From the NCBI GenBank assembly GCA_015659035.1, contig DQNS01000028.1:8711-72710 (forward strand): a DNA stretch of 64,000 nt, read 5' to 3'. The notes under the pieces were generated by a model. It ran no database searches and had not been told where the DNA came from. It saw only the letters and a list, made by a program, of their open reading frames with translations. Source of the stretch: Acidobacteriota bacterium (GTDB lineage Bacteria > Acidobacteriota > Vicinamibacteria > Vicinamibacterales > UBA8438). The position numbers were made by a program, and so were the translations under genes. Shown here piece after piece: positions 35,337 to 45,913 of the stretch. How positions within the stretch are numbered: the stretch's first letter is position 1; the number at the start of each line of letters is the position of its first letter.

Positions 35337-37985
35337 ATGTTGCTCACTCGACTCTTGCCGACCCGCGTGTTCGTCCTGCTGCTCCTGCTCGGTCTGGCGT
35401 TTCCCGGGCTCGCCGCTGCACAGGACCAGCCGCCGGACGACGACCAGGAACAGACGGCGGAGGGTGACGATGCTGACGAGGACGATGACAACGATCGACC
35501 GCGTCGAGGCCGCGATCGGGACGGCATCCAGCCGTATGACGAGGTCATCACCGACGAGGCGGAGACCGACGAGGGGGTCTTCACGGTGCACCAGCTCGAC
35601 GACAAGGTGTTCTACGAGATCCCGGAGGCGGAGCTCGGGAAGGAGTTCCTCTGGGTCAGCCAGATCGCCCGGACCACACAGGGCGTCGGCTACGGCGGTC
35701 AGTCGCTCGGCAATCGGGTCGTGACCTGGGAGCGCCAGGGCGACCGTGTGCTGCTCAAGAGCGTGTCCTACGCCATCGTGGCCGATGACGAGGATCCGAT
35801 CGCCAGGGCGGTCCAAGCCGCCAACAACGACACGATCATCAAGGCGTTCGACATCGAGGCGCTGTCGGAGTCGGGTGCGCCGGTCATCGAGGTGACGTCG
35901 CTGTTCAATACCGAGGTGCCGGAGTTCAGCGCGCGGTCGCGTCTGCAGGCGCGTGGGTTCGCGCGCGACCGGTCCTTTGTCGAGGAGGTGGTGTCGTTTC
36001 CCGAGAACATCGAGGTGACGACCACCCACACCTATACCGTACCGCCGCCCTCGGGCTCGCAGACCGGGCCGAGGACTCAGAACCGTCGCGGCATGCGCCC
36101 CGGCAGCGCGACCGTCGTGCTGCACTACAGCATGGTGAAGCTGCCCGAGGAGCCGATGCAGCCCCGGCTCTTCGACGAGCGGGTCGGGTATTTCTCGGTG
36201 CGACAGATCGACTACAGCCGAGACGAGCACCGGTCGCCGAATCGGCGCTTCATCACACGGTGGCGGCTCGAGAAGCAGGACCCGGACGCCGCGGTCTCCG
36301 ACCCGGTGACGCCGATCACCTACTGGATCGACCCGGCCACTCCGACCAAGTGGGTGCCCTACATGAAGAAAGGGGTCGAGGCCTGGCAACCGGCGTTCGA
36401 GGCGGCCGGGTTCAGCAACGCCGTGATCGCCAGGGAAGCCCCGTCAGTCGAGGAAGACCCCGACTGGAGCCCCGAGGACGCCCGATACTCGGTCATCCGC
36501 TGGCTGCCTTCGACCACCGAGAACGCCTCCGGGCCGCACGTCCATGACCCACGCACCGGTGAGATTCTCGAGACCGACATCCAGTTTCATCACAACGTGA
36601 TGAATCTTGTGCGCGACTGGTATTTCGTGCAGGTCGGGCCGCTCGACCCGCGGGCCCAGACGCTGCCGCTGCCCGACGAGCTGATGGGCGAGCTGCTGGC
36701 CTACGTCGTTACCCATGAGGTGGGGCACACGCTCGGGTTCCAGCACAACATGAAGGCCAGCTCGCTGTATCCGCCGGAGAAGGTCCGCGACCCGGAGTGG
36801 GTCAAGACGATGAGCCACACACCCACCCTCATGGACTACTCGCGGTTCAACTACGTGGCGCAGCCGGAGGACGGCATCGCGGTCGAGGACCTGATTCCGA
36901 AGATCGGGCCCTACGACAAATGGGCGACGATGTGGGGGTACAAGCCGATTCCGGGCGCCGCCAGCGCCGACGACGAGAAGACGACCCTCGACGCGTGGTC
37001 GCGTCAACAGGACGAGACGGCGTGGTATCGCTTCTCGACGCCCGGCTCGCGGAACGCCGACCCCGGCCAGCTGACCGAGGCGGTCGGTGACGCCGACGCC
37101 GTGCAGTCGACAGCGCTGGGGCTGAAGAACCTCGAGCGCGTGGCGGCGATGCTGCTCGACGCGACCAATGCGCCGGGGGACCCCTATGACGACCTGAATG
37201 AGCTGTATGGACGCCTGGTCGGTCAGTGGGCGACCGAGATGAACCACGTCGCCGCCGTCGTCGGCGGCGTCACCTCGCAGCAGAAGCACTTCGGGCAGGA
37301 CGGTGTCCGGTTCACGACGATCCCGCGTGAGACCCAGGCCGGGGCGGTGGCGTTCCTGAACGACCACGTGTTCACGACGCCGATGTTCCTGGTCGACCCG
37401 GAGATTCTGCGGCGGATCGAGCCGGTGGGGGTGCTGGACCGGATCCGGACCAGCCAGGCACGCGTGCTCCGGACCTTGCTGAACAGCGCCCGGCTCGCGC
37501 GGCTGGTCGAGCAGGAGGCGATTGAGGGCGACGCGGCCTACGCGCCGACCGACTTTCTCGCCGACTTGCGCGGCGGTCTGTGGCGCGAGCTGGCCGAGGT
37601 GGAAGTGGAGATAGACGCCTATCGCCGCAACGTGCAGCGGACCTATCTGGACCTGATCGACGACCGGCTGAACGGTCCCTCACCGGCCCAGGACGACGCG
37701 CGGCCGTTCCTCCGTGGCGAGCTGCGCGCTCTGGATCGCTCTATCGCCGCGGCTCTGGCGCAGGTGTCGGACCGGGCGACGCGCCTGCATCTCGAGGACG
37801 TCCAGGATCAGATCGTCAAGACCCTGGACCCGCCGGCCCGGGCGTCCGCGCCGTCCGGCGGCGGGTCGGGCCGGGCGTTCGACGACGTGAATCTGGTCGG
37901 CACTCTGGTCGACCCGTGGTCCGGTCTGGCCCAGGCCGGCGAATCGTGCTGGCCTGACTACGCCATCCGGGTCAACCACCCGTAG
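35337..37985 (+). CDS. secreted zinc-dependent metalloprotease (DUF5117/DUF4953-type)
   Basis: Track ORF 35274..37985. GGAGG lies 9 nt before ATG 35337; ATG 35319 and 35328 are alternatives. After the signal peptide comes an acidic linker. Zinc motif: [15 protein letters not shown]. Confidence 0.8.
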   Translation: MLLTRLLPTRVFVLLLLLGLAFPGLAAAQDQPPDDDQEQTAEGDDADEDDDNDRPRRGRDRDGIQPYDEVITDEAETDEGVFTVHQLDDKVFYEIPEAELGKEFLWVSQIARTTQGVGYGGQSLGNRVVTWERQGDRVLLKSVSYAIVADDEDPIARAVQAANNDTIIKAFDIEALSESGAPVIEVTSLFNTEVPEFSARSRLQARGFARDRSFVEEVVSFPENIEVTTTHTYTVPPPSGSQTGPRTQNRRGMRPGSATVVLHYSMVKLPEEPMQPRLFDERVGYFSVRQIDYSRDEHRSPNRRFITRWRLEKQDPDAAVSDPVTPITYWIDPATPTKWVPYMKKGVEAWQPAFEAAGFSNAVIAREAPSVEEDPDWSPEDARYSVIRWLPSTTENASGPHVHDPRTGEILETDIQFHHNVMNLVRDWYFVQVGPLDPRAQTLPLPDELMGELLAYVVTHEVGHTLGFQHNMKASSLYPPEKVRDPEWVKTMSHTPTLMDYSRFNYVAQPEDGIAVEDLIPKIGPYDKWATMWGYKPIPGAASADDEKTTLDAWSRQQDETAWYRFSTPGSRNADPGQLTEAVGDADAVQSTALGLKNLERVAAMLLDATNAPGDPYDDLNELYGRLVGQWATEMNHVAAVVGGVTSQQKHFGQDGVRFTTIPRETQAGAVAFLNDHVFTTPMFLVDPEILRRIEPVGVLDRIRTSQARVLRTLLNSARLARLVEQEAIEGDAAYAPTDFLADLRGGLWRELAEVEVEIDAYRRNVQRTYLDLIDDRLNGPSPAQDDARPFLRGELRALDRSIAAALAQVSDRATRLHLEDVQDQIVKTLDPPARASAPSGGGSGRAFDDVNLVGTLVDPWSGLAQAGESCWPDYAIRVNHP

Positions 37986-38007
37986 CCCCGCGATTGCGGG
38001 ACCTGCG

Positions 38008-38050
38008 CGCTCCAGCTTCTCCCTCTCCCTCTCCCTCTGGGAGAGGGAGA
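38008..38050 (+). repeat. REP-like element with a perfect 13-bp stem (CTCTCCCTCTCCC TCT GGGAGAGGGAGAG) followed by GTGAGGGTT
   Basis: Read directly. Confidence 0.75.
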
Positions 38051-38142
38051 GGTGAGGGTTACGGAAAACTGCGGCCAACCGCCGCGTAATACAATCCCCA
38101 GCTAGTTTCCTACCACGGCTCGTGTCTGCCGGAGGCCACGCT

Positions 38143-38877
38143 ATGGATTGGCTCTTCAACCCCGAGATCTGGATCGCCCTGATCACCCTCACCATTCTCG
38201 AGATTGTCCTGGGTGTAGACAACATCATCTTCATCTCGATCCTGTCCGCCAAGCTGCCGGCGCGGCAGCAACGGCCGGCGCGGCGTCTCGGTTTGGCGCT
38301 CGCGATGTTCGTGCGGATCGGGTTGCTGCTGTCCATCAGCTGGATCATCCGGCTGACCGAGCCGCTGTTCGCGGTGGCAGGACATGACTTTTCCGGTCGG
38401 GATCTGACCTTGCTGGTCGGCGGGCTGTTCCTGCTCGCGAAATCTACCTACGAAATCCACGACTGTCTGGAGGGAGACGAGGGCCACAGGTCGGCGCAGG
38501 TCACCGCGTCGTTCGCCAGTGTTCTCTTGCAGATCCTGGCCCTCGACGTGGTGTTCTCGCTCGACTCCGTGATCACGGCGGTCGGGATGGTGGAGCAGGT
38601 CGGGGTGATGGTTGCCGCGATCGTCATCGCGGTCGGGGTGATGTTGCTCTCGGCCGAGGCGATCAGCGCGTTCGTGAACGAGCGGCCGACGGTCAAGATT
38701 CTCGCGCTGAGCTTCCTGCTGCTGGTCGGATTCTCTCTGGTGGCGGAGGCGTTCCACCAGGAGGTCCCGAAGGGCTATCTGTATTTCGCGATGGCGTTCT
38801 CGGTGTTCGTCGAGCTGGTCAATCAGCGGGTCCGGCGCCAGGCGCCGGTACGTCTCAAGAAGGCGTACACAGATTAG
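38143..38877 (+). CDS. TerC family integral membrane protein
   Basis: MDWLFNPEIWIALITLTILEIVLGVDNIIFISI is the family signature. GGAGG lies 7 nt before ATG 38143. Confidence 0.85.
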   Translation: MDWLFNPEIWIALITLTILEIVLGVDNIIFISILSAKLPARQQRPARRLGLALAMFVRIGLLLSISWIIRLTEPLFAVAGHDFSGRDLTLLVGGLFLLAKSTYEIHDCLEGDEGHRSAQVTASFASVLLQILALDVVFSLDSVITAVGMVEQVGVMVAAIVIAVGVMLLSAEAISAFVNERPTVKILALSFLLLVGFSLVAEAFHQEVPKGYLYFAMAFSVFVELVNQRVRRQAPVRLKKAYTD

Positions 38878-38986
38878 CAGCTGCACTGCGGGGGATCGCC
38901 GCCCATCCCCGACTCTTCGTAACGTCTAGTATTTGCCTGGCCTCTTGTAATCCCGGTATAGACACCGCAACCGACCCGAAAGGACG

Positions 38987-39027
38987 CGCAGGCCGTCAGG
39001 CCTGCGTGGCAAGGCGGAAGCCTTGCC
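38987..39027. other. two consecutive perfect 8-bp hairpins (CGCAGGCC-GTCA-GGCCTGCG and GGCAAGGC-GGAA-GCCTTGCC)
   Basis: Read directly, in the intergenic region between the TerC-family and arylsulfotransferase genes. Confidence 0.5.
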
Positions 39028-39109
39028 CCACTGATGCCGACACTAAGGGCCCACGCAAGAGACGTCGTTTGAAAAAGCGGGCGAATGCGGCTATCGTCCC
39101 GGGAAACCG

Positions 39110-40753
39110 ATGAGCATTGCGAAACTTGCCATCCTGGTTGCTCTCGGAACGGCCGTTGCGTGTGGCGACCGCACGCCGCCGGTTCTTGGTGAGGTCACGC
39201 TCGCGCAGCCGAGCGAGCACACCCCGCTCGCCGCGTTGCTCACCTTCTCGACGGACGAGCCGGGTCGGGTCTCGCTCGAGATCGCTGATGGGGACAGGAC
39301 GTGGAGCGTGACGCCCGTCGACGATTATCACACCGACCATGAGATTCCGGTGCTTGGCCTGAGACCGGATCGTTCGCACGACGTGACCGTGGTCGTGTCG
39401 GACGAGGCGGGCAACGAGTCGTCGGCGCCACCGGTCACGATACGCACCGACCCGCTGCCCGAGAACTTTCCGCCGCTCGACGTCAGGGTCAGCAAGCCCG
39501 CGGCGATGGAGCCCGGGGTGACCCTGTTCGGGATGTTTCGCTGGCCCGATGGTGGGCGCCCCGACCAGACCTTCGGTCTGCTGATCGCGGTCGACGAGGC
39601 GGGCGACGTGGTCTGGTATCACCGGACCGACGAGGCGGCGTTGCTTGCGATCCGGCTCCAGAACGGCAATCTCCTCTACAACACGTCACCCGGGGGTGCG
39701 AGAGGAGCGCTTGTCGAGATCGACCTGCTGGGCAACGTGAAGCACACGTGGCGGTCCAGAGCAGTCTCGGCGGAGGGTCTGGAAGACGCCATCCTGGTCG
39801 ACGTCGACTCGATCCACCATGACGTGCTGGAGTTGCCGTCCGGCAACTTCGCGGTGTTCAGCTCCGAGATCCGCACGTTCGAGAACTACCCCACCAGCGA
39901 CGAAGACCCGGCCGCGCCTCGCGGAACCCAGGAGGTCGTCGGCGACATCGTTGTCGAGTTCGCGCGCGATGGCACCCTCGTCAACCAGTGGTACCTGCTC
40001 GATCTGGTGGATCCCTACCGGCTCGGATACGGCTCGTTGGACACGGGGTTCTGGCGCATCACCTACCAGGCGCTGATGGAAGACGAGCCCGACGTTGTCG
40101 ATTGGGCGCACGCGAACGCGCTGTTCTACGATCGTGTCGAGGATGCGTATCTCGTCGCCCTCCGGCATCAGGATGCGATCGTCAAGCTCGATCGGGCGAC
40201 GGGTCAGGTGGATTGGATCCTCGGTCCACACAGCGGCTGGAACGCACCGTGGGGCGAGCTGTTGCTGCAACCGCGCGGCGACATGGCGTGGGCGTATCAC
40301 AGTCACGGGCTGGAGGCGACGCCGCAGGGGACCTTGCTGATGTACGACAACGGCAACGACCGGGCCAGCGCGTTCGAGGCGCGGCTGCCGGGCTCGGACG
40401 CCTTCAGTCGAGCCGTCGAATTCGAGGTCGACGCTGAGGCGAGGGAAGTACGGCAGGTCTGGTCGTATCAGGGCTCGGAGGGCGAGCCGTTCTATTCGTC
40501 TTTCCTGAGTGACGCCGACTGGCTCCCAGTGACGGGGAACGTGCTCATCACCGATGGCGCGCGCGTCACTGAACTCGAGGGTGACCAAGGGGACAATGAC
40601 GACTTGCCTGACCACCAGTGGGCGCGCATTCTCGAGGTGACGCACACCGCACCCGCCGAAACGGTGTTCGAGCTGGTGATCGACGACGACCCGCCGTCGG
40701 GATGGCGGGTATATCGTGCGGGACGATTGCCGAGTCTGTATCATGAGCAATAG
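39110..40753 (+). CDS. arylsulfotransferase (ASST) family protein, lipoprotein
   Basis: Lipobox LGTAVAC. The protein is beta-propeller-like, with VDSIHHDV, WAHANAL and YHSHG motifs as in ASST family members. Confidence 0.7.
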   Translation: MSIAKLAILVALGTAVACGDRTPPVLGEVTLAQPSEHTPLAALLTFSTDEPGRVSLEIADGDRTWSVTPVDDYHTDHEIPVLGLRPDRSHDVTVVVSDEAGNESSAPPVTIRTDPLPENFPPLDVRVSKPAAMEPGVTLFGMFRWPDGGRPDQTFGLLIAVDEAGDVVWYHRTDEAALLAIRLQNGNLLYNTSPGGARGALVEIDLLGNVKHTWRSRAVSAEGLEDAILVDVDSIHHDVLELPSGNFAVFSSEIRTFENYPTSDEDPAAPRGTQEVVGDIVVEFARDGTLVNQWYLLDLVDPYRLGYGSLDTGFWRITYQALMEDEPDVVDWAHANALFYDRVEDAYLVALRHQDAIVKLDRATGQVDWILGPHSGWNAPWGELLLQPRGDMAWAYHSHGLEATPQGTLLMYDNGNDRASAFEARLPGSDAFSRAVEFEVDAEAREVRQVWSYQGSEGEPFYSSFLSDADWLPVTGNVLITDGARVTELEGDQGDNDDLPDHQWARILEVTHTAPAETVFELVIDDDPPSGWRVYRAGRLPSLYHEQ

Positions 40754-40786
40754 ACTGGCGCGACCGCCGTATAGGGGAAAAGAGCG

Positions 40787-42064
40787 ATGACGATGAGTGC
40801 GATAGCGAGAACCGGTGCCGTCGCGGTGTGCCTCGGGCTGTTCGCGGGGGGTGCCTCCGCCCAAGACGTGACGTATACGGAGGACGTTGCGCCCATCTTG
40901 ATGCAGCACTGCGCCACCTGTCATCGGCCGGGCGAGGTCGCCCCGATGTCGCTGCTGACCTACGAGGACACCCGCCCGTGGGCACGATCGATCGCACAGG
41001 AGGTGGGTCAGAAGCGGATGCCTCCCTGGCATGCAGCAGCGGGCCTGCGGGAATACACCAATGACCGCAGTCTCGACGCCGCCCAGATCGACGTCATTCA
41101 GCGGTGGGTCGCGGCCGGTGCGCCACGGGGCGACGACGCCCTGCTGCCGCCGGTTCCCACGTTCAACGACGGCTGGCAGCTTGGAGAGCCCGACCTCGTG
41201 CTCGCCTGGGAGGCTCCGTATCAGATCGAGGCCGACGGCGACGACGAGTATCGGTGTTTTGTGCTCGACCCCAAGTTCGAGGAGGACCAGTGGGTCGACG
41301 TCGTCGAGGTGCTCCCCGGCAATCGAACCACGGACCACCACATCGTGATCTATATCGACCAGGCTGGGGCGACCGCCACCAAACTGGATGAGGCCGAGCC
41401 GGGAGAGGGTTATACCTGTTTCGGCGGGCCCGGGCCCGGCTTCTTACCCTACATGGTGCCCGGGTGGGGGCCTGGATACGTTCCATCGGAGACGCCGGCC
41501 GGATCGGGGTATCTCCTGGAAGCCGGGGCCAAGATTATCGTGCAGGTGCACTATCACAAGACCGGCAGCCCTGAAGAAGATCTGACGCGGGTAGGACTGC
41601 GATTCGCCCGGAGACCCACACAGCGGGTGCTCTACAACGGCTATGTGCTGGGCCTCAGTCTGCAGATTCCGCCCGGAGACGCGAACTACGTTGTCACAGG
41701 ACGCACTCCGGTCCGCGAGGACATCACCGTCCACTCGATTGTGGCGCACATGCACTACCTCGGCAAAGCCATGGATATCTGGGCGACCTTGCCCGACGGC
41801 ACACGCGTCGACCTGGTCACGGTGCCCCGATTCGACTTCTACTGGCAGACCGATTACCTGCTGGCCGAGCCTCAGCGGCTGCCCGAAGGTTCGGTGATGC
41901 ACATGCAGGCGACCTTCGACAATTCACCCGAGAGCCCGTACCAGCACTCGGATCCCCCGCGGCTCGTCACCTTCGGCGAGCAGACGACCGACGAAATGGC
42001 CGTGGCCGTGTTCTTCCACACCCGTGACGCACAGAACATCAGTGTCGGCTCCACGTCGCCGTAG
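40787..42064 (+). CDS. c-type cytochrome domain fused to a PHM/DBH-like copper monooxygenase domain (paralog 2)
   Basis: Signal peptide, then CATCHRPGEVAPMSLLTY..RPWA..MPPWH. The pattern DHHIVIY ... VHYH ... AHMHYLGK ... TTDEM follows. The gene starts 33 nt downstream of the ASST gene. Confidence 0.75.
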   Translation: MTMSAIARTGAVAVCLGLFAGGASAQDVTYTEDVAPILMQHCATCHRPGEVAPMSLLTYEDTRPWARSIAQEVGQKRMPPWHAAAGLREYTNDRSLDAAQIDVIQRWVAAGAPRGDDALLPPVPTFNDGWQLGEPDLVLAWEAPYQIEADGDDEYRCFVLDPKFEEDQWVDVVEVLPGNRTTDHHIVIYIDQAGATATKLDEAEPGEGYTCFGGPGPGFLPYMVPGWGPGYVPSETPAGSGYLLEAGAKIIVQVHYHKTGSPEEDLTRVGLRFARRPTQRVLYNGYVLGLSLQIPPGDANYVVTGRTPVREDITVHSIVAHMHYLGKAMDIWATLPDGTRVDLVTVPRFDFYWQTDYLLAEPQRLPEGSVMHMQATFDNSPESPYQHSDPPRLVTFGEQTTDEMAVAVFFHTRDAQNISVGSTSP

Positions 42065-42094
42065 CGCCCCGCAGTCGCGCAGCGGACCCTCCCG

Positions 42095-44911
42095 CTACGG
42101 TTGCTGGCCTTCGGTGGTGCCGCGACCGTTGAGCACCACCTCGTCCGCGGTGCCGTAGTAGATGCCGTTGAAGATCAGCTTGAACGTGCCGTGCGGCTGT
42201 GCGCGGTTGGTCACTTCGGGCCCGTAGAGGAACAGCTTGCCCTCGCCCACGGTGGCGTCGACGACCCCGACTCCGCCGTCCAGATAATGCTGGCCCCAGG
42301 CCCAGCCGCTGCGGAGCGGCTCGGCGTCGGCGAACCAGGCGACCGGCGTGACGCCGCGCCGCGCCGCCTCCGGCCCCAGACGGAAGACCGGGCTGTTGTT
42401 GAAGAAGACGTCGACCTCGTCACCCAGCCCGAAGGCCAGCGGGTTGGTGTTGTCCACCCGCATCCGCAGCACCGAGCCGGGGATGTAGTAATCGTCACGA
42501 CCGAGCCGCTGCTCGCCGCCGCCCGGCAGCTTCTCCACGAGGTGGTTCGTCAGCGGCAGCTCGAGGTGACCGCCAAGGCTGGTCGAGCTGCCGATGGCCA
42601 GCAGCGTCCCGCCCCCCTCGACGAACGCGCGCAGCTCGGGCACCGTCTCGCTTACCGTCAGGGTGCCGAGCCAGGCGTGGAACTCCGCCGGAACGGTCTC
42701 ACGTGTCGGCGTGAAGCCGCGCCGGTCGTCCTCGGCCGCACGGTCCTGCTCGGGAACGCCGCCGGTGACGAAGATCAGCACGTCGTAGGCCGAGGCGAGG
42801 TTGCCGGCGTCGAGCGTCTGCGGGAACACCTGTTCGAACGGGAACTCGAACTCCTCGAGAATCCAGCGGAGCCAGCCTGACGGCATCGAGCCGCCGTAGC
42901 GGTCCCAGAGCCCGATGCGGACCGGCCGGAGCTTGAGCGCCGACCCGGTTGGTGGCTCCTTCACCCCGATGAACGTCAGACCGAGCTCGGTGGCCGCGAC
43001 CCGCAGCGTGTCCACGGTCGTGCGTCCCCTCGGGATGTACATCGTGCCGGGGCCACGAGTCGCCCCGGCCGCCTCGGTCGGCTCCCGCAGCCAGTAGACC
43101 TCCTCCTCGGTGGCCAGCAGCCGGTTCACCGCGACGAAGGCATCGTTGGGTTCGTGACTCAGCAGGAACCCGGCCGCACCGGTGGCCAGCAACACCCGCC
43201 CCGGCGGTGGAGCCTGGACGTCACTCAGGATCTCGAACGGACCGTCGAACGGCCCGAGGATCCGGTCGAGCTCGATCCCCATCTGATAGGCGAGCGTCCA
43301 CCCGGCGTTGTCGTACGGCGGGATCGGTGGGCCCCCGGGGTACTGAAAGTCGTTCGGGTGATCCTGTGGCTCGAACATGTCGAGCACGTGCGGGCGGAAC
43401 GCCTGCGCCGTTCGGATCACGTAGGAGCCGGCGCCGTATTCCGCGCCACCGACCTCGAAGGCGGTGCTGGCCCGGTGCACCGTCACGCCGTTCTTGATCA
43501 ACGCGTTGACGAACTTGGTCGCGGTCAGAAAGTCCGGCTGGTCGGCGGGCAGGATGTAGCCGCGGGGATCCCGCAGCGCCGGGTCCCGCAGGTCGTCGAA
43601 GAACCGGAGCGGCGCCCCACGCCGCCGGCCCTGCCCGGTCGTGTCGTCCGGGCCCGCGTCGGCAATGGCGGTCTGCACCTGTGCGACGCGGCTGGGGGAG
43701 ATGGTCCAGGTATCCTGGGACCCGCGCTCGATCGAGTTCCGCCCCATCCGGTAGATGTTGAAGAGAAACTGCTCGCGGTGCCGCGACGCCACGTCGAGCA
43801 CCGCCCGGTTGGCGCTCATCGAGTACTCGATCGACTGCCGGAAGTGCCACGGCTGCGGCGCGATCGGATACGGGGTGTCGACGCTCGGGAGCTGTCGTTC
43901 GGGTAGGAACGGGATCTCGATCGGGGTCGGGTTGCCGATCATCTCGGTGAGCAGCCCGAGCATGTTGTGGAAGTACGGCGTCGTGCGTAGCCCGCCGTTC
44001 CACCAGGTCGAGTAGGTCCCGCCGCGGGTCATGGTGGCGCCCGGTTTGCCTTCGACCGCGAACCGGCTGTGCATCGACGCGCCGATGAGGTCGAGCCCGA
44101 GCGGAATCAGCGGGTCATACACATAGTTGAACGGCCCGCGGAACGGCGGCGCGAACAGCACCGCCCCGGCCGGTCCTGACTGGTGGTGGTTGTAGACGAT
44201 TTGCGGGAACCACTCGCGATACAGCACCCGGTTCATGTTGGTGGTTTCCGGTTGCACCGACATGTAGAAGTCGCGGTTGTTGTCGTGCCCGACATACTTC
44301 TGATAGAGACGCGGCAACCCCCTGGTCGTCCGCTGCTCCGGGTCCGGCTCCCGCAGGTACCAGTCGGCCACCAGATCGTGCCCGTCCGGGTTGCAGTGCA
44401 CGGCCAGCAGGATGACGTCGTCGAGGAACCGCAGCGTCTCCGGGTCGGTACCGCTGACCATCTGGTAGACCAGCTCGATCAGCTGCTGCGCCCCCAGGAC
44501 CTCCGTGGCGTGCAACCCGCCGTCGATCCAGACCACCGCCTTGCCCTCGGCCGCCAGCACCCGTGCCTCGTCGTCGCTCAGCCCCTCGGCGCGCGCCAGC
44601 CGCTGCGCGATCTCCTGATACCGGTCCAAAAGGCGGTGGTTCTCCGGCGACGTGATGATCGCCATCCACTGGTCCCGGCCCTCGGCGGTCTGCCCGATCG
44701 ACTCCAGCCGCATCCGGTCCGACTCGCGCGCCAGCGTCTGCCAGTAGCCGGTCAGCTGCGCGTAGGTGGCCAGCTGGTAGTCGGCGCCGATCTGGAAGCC
44801 AAATGCCTCCTCGGGCGTCGTGACCTCCACCTGGGCGCCGACGGGCGCCGCGGTCAGCCCGAGCCCCAGGATGAGACTGAGACCCGCCATCGTTTGTGCG
44901 AAGAGCGTCAT
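42095..44911 (-). CDS. M14 family zinc carboxypeptidase-like large secreted protein
   Basis: 938 aa with a signal peptide. WIDGGLHATEV (HxxE zinc site), AVHCNPDGHD. Confidence 0.8.
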   Translation of the reverse strand: MTLFAQTMAGLSLILGLGLTAAPVGAQVEVTTPEEAFGFQIGADYQLATYAQLTGYWQTLARESDRMRLESIGQTAEGRDQWMAIITSPENHRLLDRYQEIAQRLARAEGLSDDEARVLAAEGKAVVWIDGGLHATEVLGAQQLIELVYQMVSGTDPETLRFLDDVILLAVHCNPDGHDLVADWYLREPDPEQRTTRGLPRLYQKYVGHDNNRDFYMSVQPETTNMNRVLYREWFPQIVYNHHQSGPAGAVLFAPPFRGPFNYVYDPLIPLGLDLIGASMHSRFAVEGKPGATMTRGGTYSTWWNGGLRTTPYFHNMLGLLTEMIGNPTPIEIPFLPERQLPSVDTPYPIAPQPWHFRQSIEYSMSANRAVLDVASRHREQFLFNIYRMGRNSIERGSQDTWTISPSRVAQVQTAIADAGPDDTTGQGRRRGAPLRFFDDLRDPALRDPRGYILPADQPDFLTATKFVNALIKNGVTVHRASTAFEVGGAEYGAGSYVIRTAQAFRPHVLDMFEPQDHPNDFQYPGGPPIPPYDNAGWTLAYQMGIELDRILGPFDGPFEILSDVQAPPPGRVLLATGAAGFLLSHEPNDAFVAVNRLLATEEEVYWLREPTEAAGATRGPGTMYIPRGRTTVDTLRVAATELGLTFIGVKEPPTGSALKLRPVRIGLWDRYGGSMPSGWLRWILEEFEFPFEQVFPQTLDAGNLASAYDVLIFVTGGVPEQDRAAEDDRRGFTPTRETVPAEFHAWLGTLTVSETVPELRAFVEGGGTLLAIGSSTSLGGHLELPLTNHLVEKLPGGGEQRLGRDDYYIPGSVLRMRVDNTNPLAFGLGDEVDVFFNNSPVFRLGPEAARRGVTPVAWFADAEPLRSGWAWGQHYLDGGVGVVDATVGEGKLFLYGPEVTNRAQPHGTFKLIFNGIYYGTADEVVLNGRGTTEGQQP

Positions 44912-45089
44912 GGAGCTAGGTTAGACCCTGCCGCACCTGGTCACAACCCCGCGGGTCGTGTGGCTGCTCTGTCATGGCGTGCGCTCCTGCTCGAGACCGA
45001 GATGTCTTCCCACCGCGACATCGGAGCGTGTGAGAAAGGTTTCGTCGTCCCCCGCGTAGCGAGGCTCTACTCCGCAGGGCGCTCCGGTT

Positions 45090-45163
45090 TCTCCCTCTCC
45101 TGCCTGCCTGAGCGGGGCGCGTCGTGGCGTTGTCGAAGGGGGAAAGGGCGCGGGTGAGGGCCA
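45090..45163 (+). repeat. expanded or degenerate REP-like element (TCTCCCTCTCC ... GGGGGAAAGGGCGCGGGTGAGGGCC)
   Basis: Read directly. It shares the CTCCCTCTCC and GGTGAGGGCC ends with the other copies. Confidence 0.45.
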
Positions 45164-45166
45164 CGG

Positions 45167-45913
45167 CTAGGGCACCAGCACGCCTGACACCCACCACCCG
45201 ACAATGCCGACTGCCAGACCGAGGATCGTGTCCACCGCGTAGTGGTAGCGGCCGATGACGGTGGCCAGGGCGATGGCGAGCGCGCCCGCCACCAGGACCG
45301 GGAGCAGGCCCGGCAGCAGCTCGCCCACGACCAGGGCAGCGGCCAGTGCCGTCGCCGCATGACCGCTGGGCAGGGTGTTGACCTGGACCGACACCCGGTC
45401 GAGCACCGCCATGTTCAGCCGTCGGAGCGCGAGCGATCGCTGGTCGATCGGGCCGGCGGGCTCGATGGACCGAGGCGGTCGGGTGTGCAGCCAGGGCAGT
45501 ATGCCGTAGCAGCCGAACGAGGCGACGAGCACCGCGACCCAGAACCGGTCGGCCTCCGCGCGCAGACCGGCGGCGTACAGGAGGCCGAGGGTGGCGGGGA
45601 TGAACGGGTAGGCGCACAGGTAGGCCAACTCGAGCAGCTCGAGCAGCGCCCGCGGCGCCCGCCGCACCAGCGGCGCCAGACGGGTGAGGGCGAACAGCCG
45701 CTGGTCGAGCTGTAGTAGACGGTCTTCGACAGCACGCATCGGATGCGTAAAGAACAGCCCGCACAGCCAGTAGGCCTGCAGCAGGTACAAGGCAGGCACC
45801 CAGTCGCGCGCCACTTGCATCGGCAACCGCAGCCGCAGTTGCGACAACATCACCACCAGCCCGACACAGACCAGTCCGACCAGCAGCACCCGGGCGCGCC
45901 GTCGACCAGACAC
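45167..45913 (-). CDS. PAP2 family phosphatase (membrane)
   Basis: TLPSGHAA and GRYHYAVD are PAP2 motifs C2 and C3. The protein is polytopic. The start is uncertain (GTG 45913 or ATG 45850). Confidence 0.7.
   Translation of the reverse strand: MSGRRRARVLLVGLVCVGLVVMLSQLRLRLPMQVARDWVPALYLLQAYWLCGLFFTHPMRAVEDRLLQLDQRLFALTRLAPLVRRAPRALLELLELAYLCAYPFIPATLGLLYAAGLRAEADRFWVAVLVASFGCYGILPWLHTRPPRSIEPAGPIDQRSLALRRLNMAVLDRVSVQVNTLPSGHAATALAAALVVGELLPGLLPVLVAGALAIALATVIGRYHYAVDTILGLAVGIVGWWVSGVLVP

Noticed and set aside
37986-38142. Possible yybP-ykoY (Mn2+) riboswitch upstream of the TerC-family gene.
   Set aside because: The leader contains only the REP-like palindrome. The conserved GGGGAGUAG/GAGAGAC-type blocks are absent.
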